From: Gemmatimonas sp. | GTDB taxonomy: Bacteria > Gemmatimonadota > Gemmatimonadetes > Gemmatimonadales > Gemmatimonadaceae | Assembly: GCA_965279375.1 (NCBI GenBank) | Contig: OZ257156.1 | Coordinates: 2,304,001 to 2,368,000 of the forward strand | Reading direction: 5' to 3' | DNA: 64,000 bases | Part shown: positions 61,733 through 64,000 of the stretch, in pieces | Numbering within the stretch: the first letter of the stretch is position 1 | How the letters are laid out: each line of letters starts with the position of its first letter | Made by a program: the position numbers and the translations under genes | Notes under the pieces: model-generated | Databases searched by the model: none | What the model saw: the letters and a program-made list of their open reading frames with translations, nothing else | Told to the model about the DNA's origin: nothing

Positions 61733-62931
61733 TGTCCCGCCCGGAGCGACTGCTTTCGCTCGACGTGTTCCGCGGCATGACCGTCGCGGGGATGTTGCTG
61801 GTGAACAATCCCGGGACGTGGAGTGCGATCTACGAGCCGCTCGAGCATGCCGCGTGGAACGGATGGACGCCGACGGACCTCATCTTCCCGTTCTTCCTGT
61901 TCATCGTCGGCATCACGACCGAGCTGTCGCTGCGCGTGCGACGTGCGCGCGGGCACGATGAGTCAGCAATCCTCAAGCAGATTTTGCGGCGTGGGGCGCT
62001 GATCTTTCTCTTTGGTCTCGCGCTGTCGGCGTTTCCGTTCTTCACGTGGACCGCCATCCCGGACATGCCTGACCCGTCGTTTCTCGACCGGGTGGTGTAC
62101 CGCGTTGAGCATCTGCGCATTCTGGGCGTGCTGCAACGCATCGGGTTGGCGTATCTGTGCGGGGCGCTGCTGACGCTGCGCACGTCGTGGAAGCAGCAGC
62201 TCGGCATTCTCGCGGTGCTGCTCTTCGGCTACTGGGCGCTGCAGACGCTGGTCCCGGTGCCCGACACCGGCGTGGCGGGACGGTTTGTGCTCGACAAGCC
62301 CGAAGCGCTCCTGAGCGCGTGGCTCGATCGGACCGTGTTGGGTGTCGATCACCTGTGGTCGGGGAGCAAGACGTGGGATCCGGAAGGGCTGCTCAGCACG
62401 ATGCCGGCGATCGGTACGATGATGCTGGGCACGTTTTCGGGGCGCTGGATCAGCGAGCAGGCGCGTCCGCTCTCGGAACGTCTGGCGGCGCTGTTCTCGG
62501 TCGGCGCGCTCACGATGATGCTCGGGCTCATCTGGAACTGGGGATTCCCGATCAACAAGAGCATCTGGTCGAGCAGCTACGTGCTCTTCACTGCCGGCAT
62601 GGGAGCGGTCGCGCTGGCGACGTGCATGTGGATCATCGACGTGCAGCAGTGGAAGCGCTGGACCTTCCCGTTCGTGGTGTACGGGATGAATCCGATGCTG
62701 GCGTTCCTTGGCTCGGGGCTGATGGCGCGCATGATCTCGAGCATCATCATGCTCGATGCAGGCGCTGGGGACGGAACGCGCATCTCACTGCAGTCACTGG
62801 TGTTCAAGACGGTGTACGCGCCATTGCTTCCGCCGCGTGATGCGTCTTTGTTGTACGCCATCAGTTTCGTGACGCTGTGGTTCATTATTCTGTGGGGCGC
62901 GTTGAAGAAGGGCGTGGTGCTCAAGGTCTGA
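61732..62931 (+). CDS. Membrane acyltransferase, NagX/HGSNAT-like (DUF5009) family
   Basis: RLLSLDVFRGMTVAGMLLVNNPG, L.HA.W.G.TPTDL.FPFF, GVLQRI, DPEGLLS, PINKSIWSSSYV. Confidence 0.9.
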   Translation: MSRPERLLSLDVFRGMTVAGMLLVNNPGTWSAIYEPLEHAAWNGWTPTDLIFPFFLFIVGITTELSLRVRRARGHDESAILKQILRRGALIFLFGLALSAFPFFTWTAIPDMPDPSFLDRVVYRVEHLRILGVLQRIGLAYLCGALLTLRTSWKQQLGILAVLLFGYWALQTLVPVPDTGVAGRFVLDKPEALLSAWLDRTVLGVDHLWSGSKTWDPEGLLSTMPAIGTMMLGTFSGRWISEQARPLSERLAALFSVGALTMMLGLIWNWGFPINKSIWSSSYVLFTAGMGAVALATCMWIIDVQQWKRWTFPFVVYGMNPMLAFLGSGLMARMISSIIMLDAGAGDGTRISLQSLVFKTVYAPLLPPRDASLLYAISFVTLWFIILWGALKKGVVLKV

Positions 62932-63014
62932 GTGCCACCGCACGTGTTTCGCATTGCGATTCACGTTTCGCTCACGCGCGTACGCCTTCAGCCTGGTGCT
63001 TGATGACTTTGCGC

Positions 63015-64000
63015 ATGTCTCGACGGTGGATTGCGGTGCAGCACGCGCGCCTGGGCGCGCGACTGTGTATGGCGGCGCTGGCCGCCCTGATGCTGTCGGC
63101 GATGACGCCGACGCTCACCTTGTCCTCGTCGCTGCAGGCGCAGTCCAGAAGCAGCAAGCGTTCGACCAAGAAGCCCACCACGCGGAAGGCAGCGCGGCGG
63201 CCGGTCCGAGCGAGTCGTGCGCCGATCGTGCCGGTGCTGCGCTTCACGACGCCCATGGGCGCATCGGCACTCAAGAGCGATATGACAACGCTGCTCGACA
63301 GCCGAACGAAGACGGGCACGTGGGGGGCGATGGTGATCTCGCTGACGCGCGGCGACACGCTCTTTTCGCACGGCGCGGACACGCGCATGGTCCCGGCGTC
63401 GACGATGAAGCTGTTCACGTCCGCGATCGCGCTCGATCGCCTGGGACCCGATCACATCTTCAACACGGACGTCCTGCGCGACGGCCCGATCGATGCCACC
63501 GGCACGCTCACTGGCAATCTGATTTTGCGCGGAGACGGCGATCCGTCGCTGGCGCCGCGCTTCGTGCGCGGCGGCCCCGAGGCCTCGATGGCACTGTTGG
63601 CCAAGATCACCGCTGGCGCGGGGGTCAAGCATGTCACCGGCGATCTGATCGCTGACGCGTCCGCGTTCGAGTCGCGCCGTATCCCCGAGGGGTGGCTCAA
63701 TCGCTATGCCGGCGCCGGGTACGCCGCGCCCTTTTCGGCGCTATCGCTCAACGAGAACATCGTCATCGTCGGCGTGGCGCTGGGAAAGAGTGGCGATGCC
63801 ATCGTCGCGCTCGAGCCTGCGACGAGCGGCATGAAGGTCACCAGCACGGTGCGCGTGGTGGCGGGGCGTAGCGCCCGCATCAGCGCGCGCCGCGTGGGCG
63901 ACAACGAAGTGCTGGTCACGGGGACGATCGGCTCACGGTCGATGGGGGTGCGCTATCAACTGGTGGTGGGCGACCCGCCCACGTTCACTGCGGGTGCCTT
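63015..64000 (+). CDS. dacB: D-alanyl-D-alanine carboxypeptidase/endopeptidase PBP4 (S13), truncated by window end
   Basis: Translated by hand: signal peptide, MVPASTMKLFT (SxxK), LDRLGPD..F.T, GNLILRGDGDPSL, SALSLNEN. Alternative ATG at 63003. Confidence 0.9.
   Translation, partial: MSRRWIAVQHARLGARLCMAALAALMLSAMTPTLTLSSSLQAQSRSSKRSTKKPTTRKAARRPVRASRAPIVPVLRFTTPMGASALKSDMTTLLDSRTKTGTWGAMVISLTRGDTLFSHGADTRMVPASTMKLFTSAIALDRLGPDHIFNTDVLRDGPIDATGTLTGNLILRGDGDPSLAPRFVRGGPEASMALLAKITAGAGVKHVTGDLIADASAFESRRIPEGWLNRYAGAGYAAPFSALSLNENIVIVGVALGKSGDAIVALEPATSGMKVTSTVRVVAGRSARISARRVGDNEVLVTGTIGSRSMGVRYQLVVGDPPTFTAGA

Overview
A high-GC, densely coding bacterial chromosome segment. The gene content and protein style suggest Gemmatimonadota (Gemmatimonas-like); this is my inference, not a database result. 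It is mostly core or housekeeping DNA: rho, a class A PBP, a DUF1800/DUF1501 pair, an EF-G paralog, a type IV minor-pilin cluster, thyX, a squalene/phytoene synthase, rnhA, an ECF sigma factor, sucB-lpdA, gyrA, a diguanylate cyclase, two MCPs, a caa3-type cytochrome c oxidase operon with ctaG, and a truncated dacB. I see no rRNA, tRNA, CRISPR array, transposase or integrase. The most notable observations are: (1) a ~3.1 kb integrase-free insertion bounded by a 43-bp direct repeat that duplicates the 3' end of a host gene, carrying a BlaI/M56 regulator pair, a DUF5694-like lipoprotein and three tandem TGCTA-N6-TAGCA boxes; (2) an RNase HI with two of four canonical catalytic carboxylates replaced, translationally coupled to a tiny WYL-like protein; (3) a ~190-nt rod-shaped, 6S-like structured RNA candidate upstream of a Rho that carries a ~300-aa disordered, repeat-rich N-terminus; (4) repeated leaderless-type promoters; (5) an orphan substrate-binding protein coupled to a chemoreceptor.
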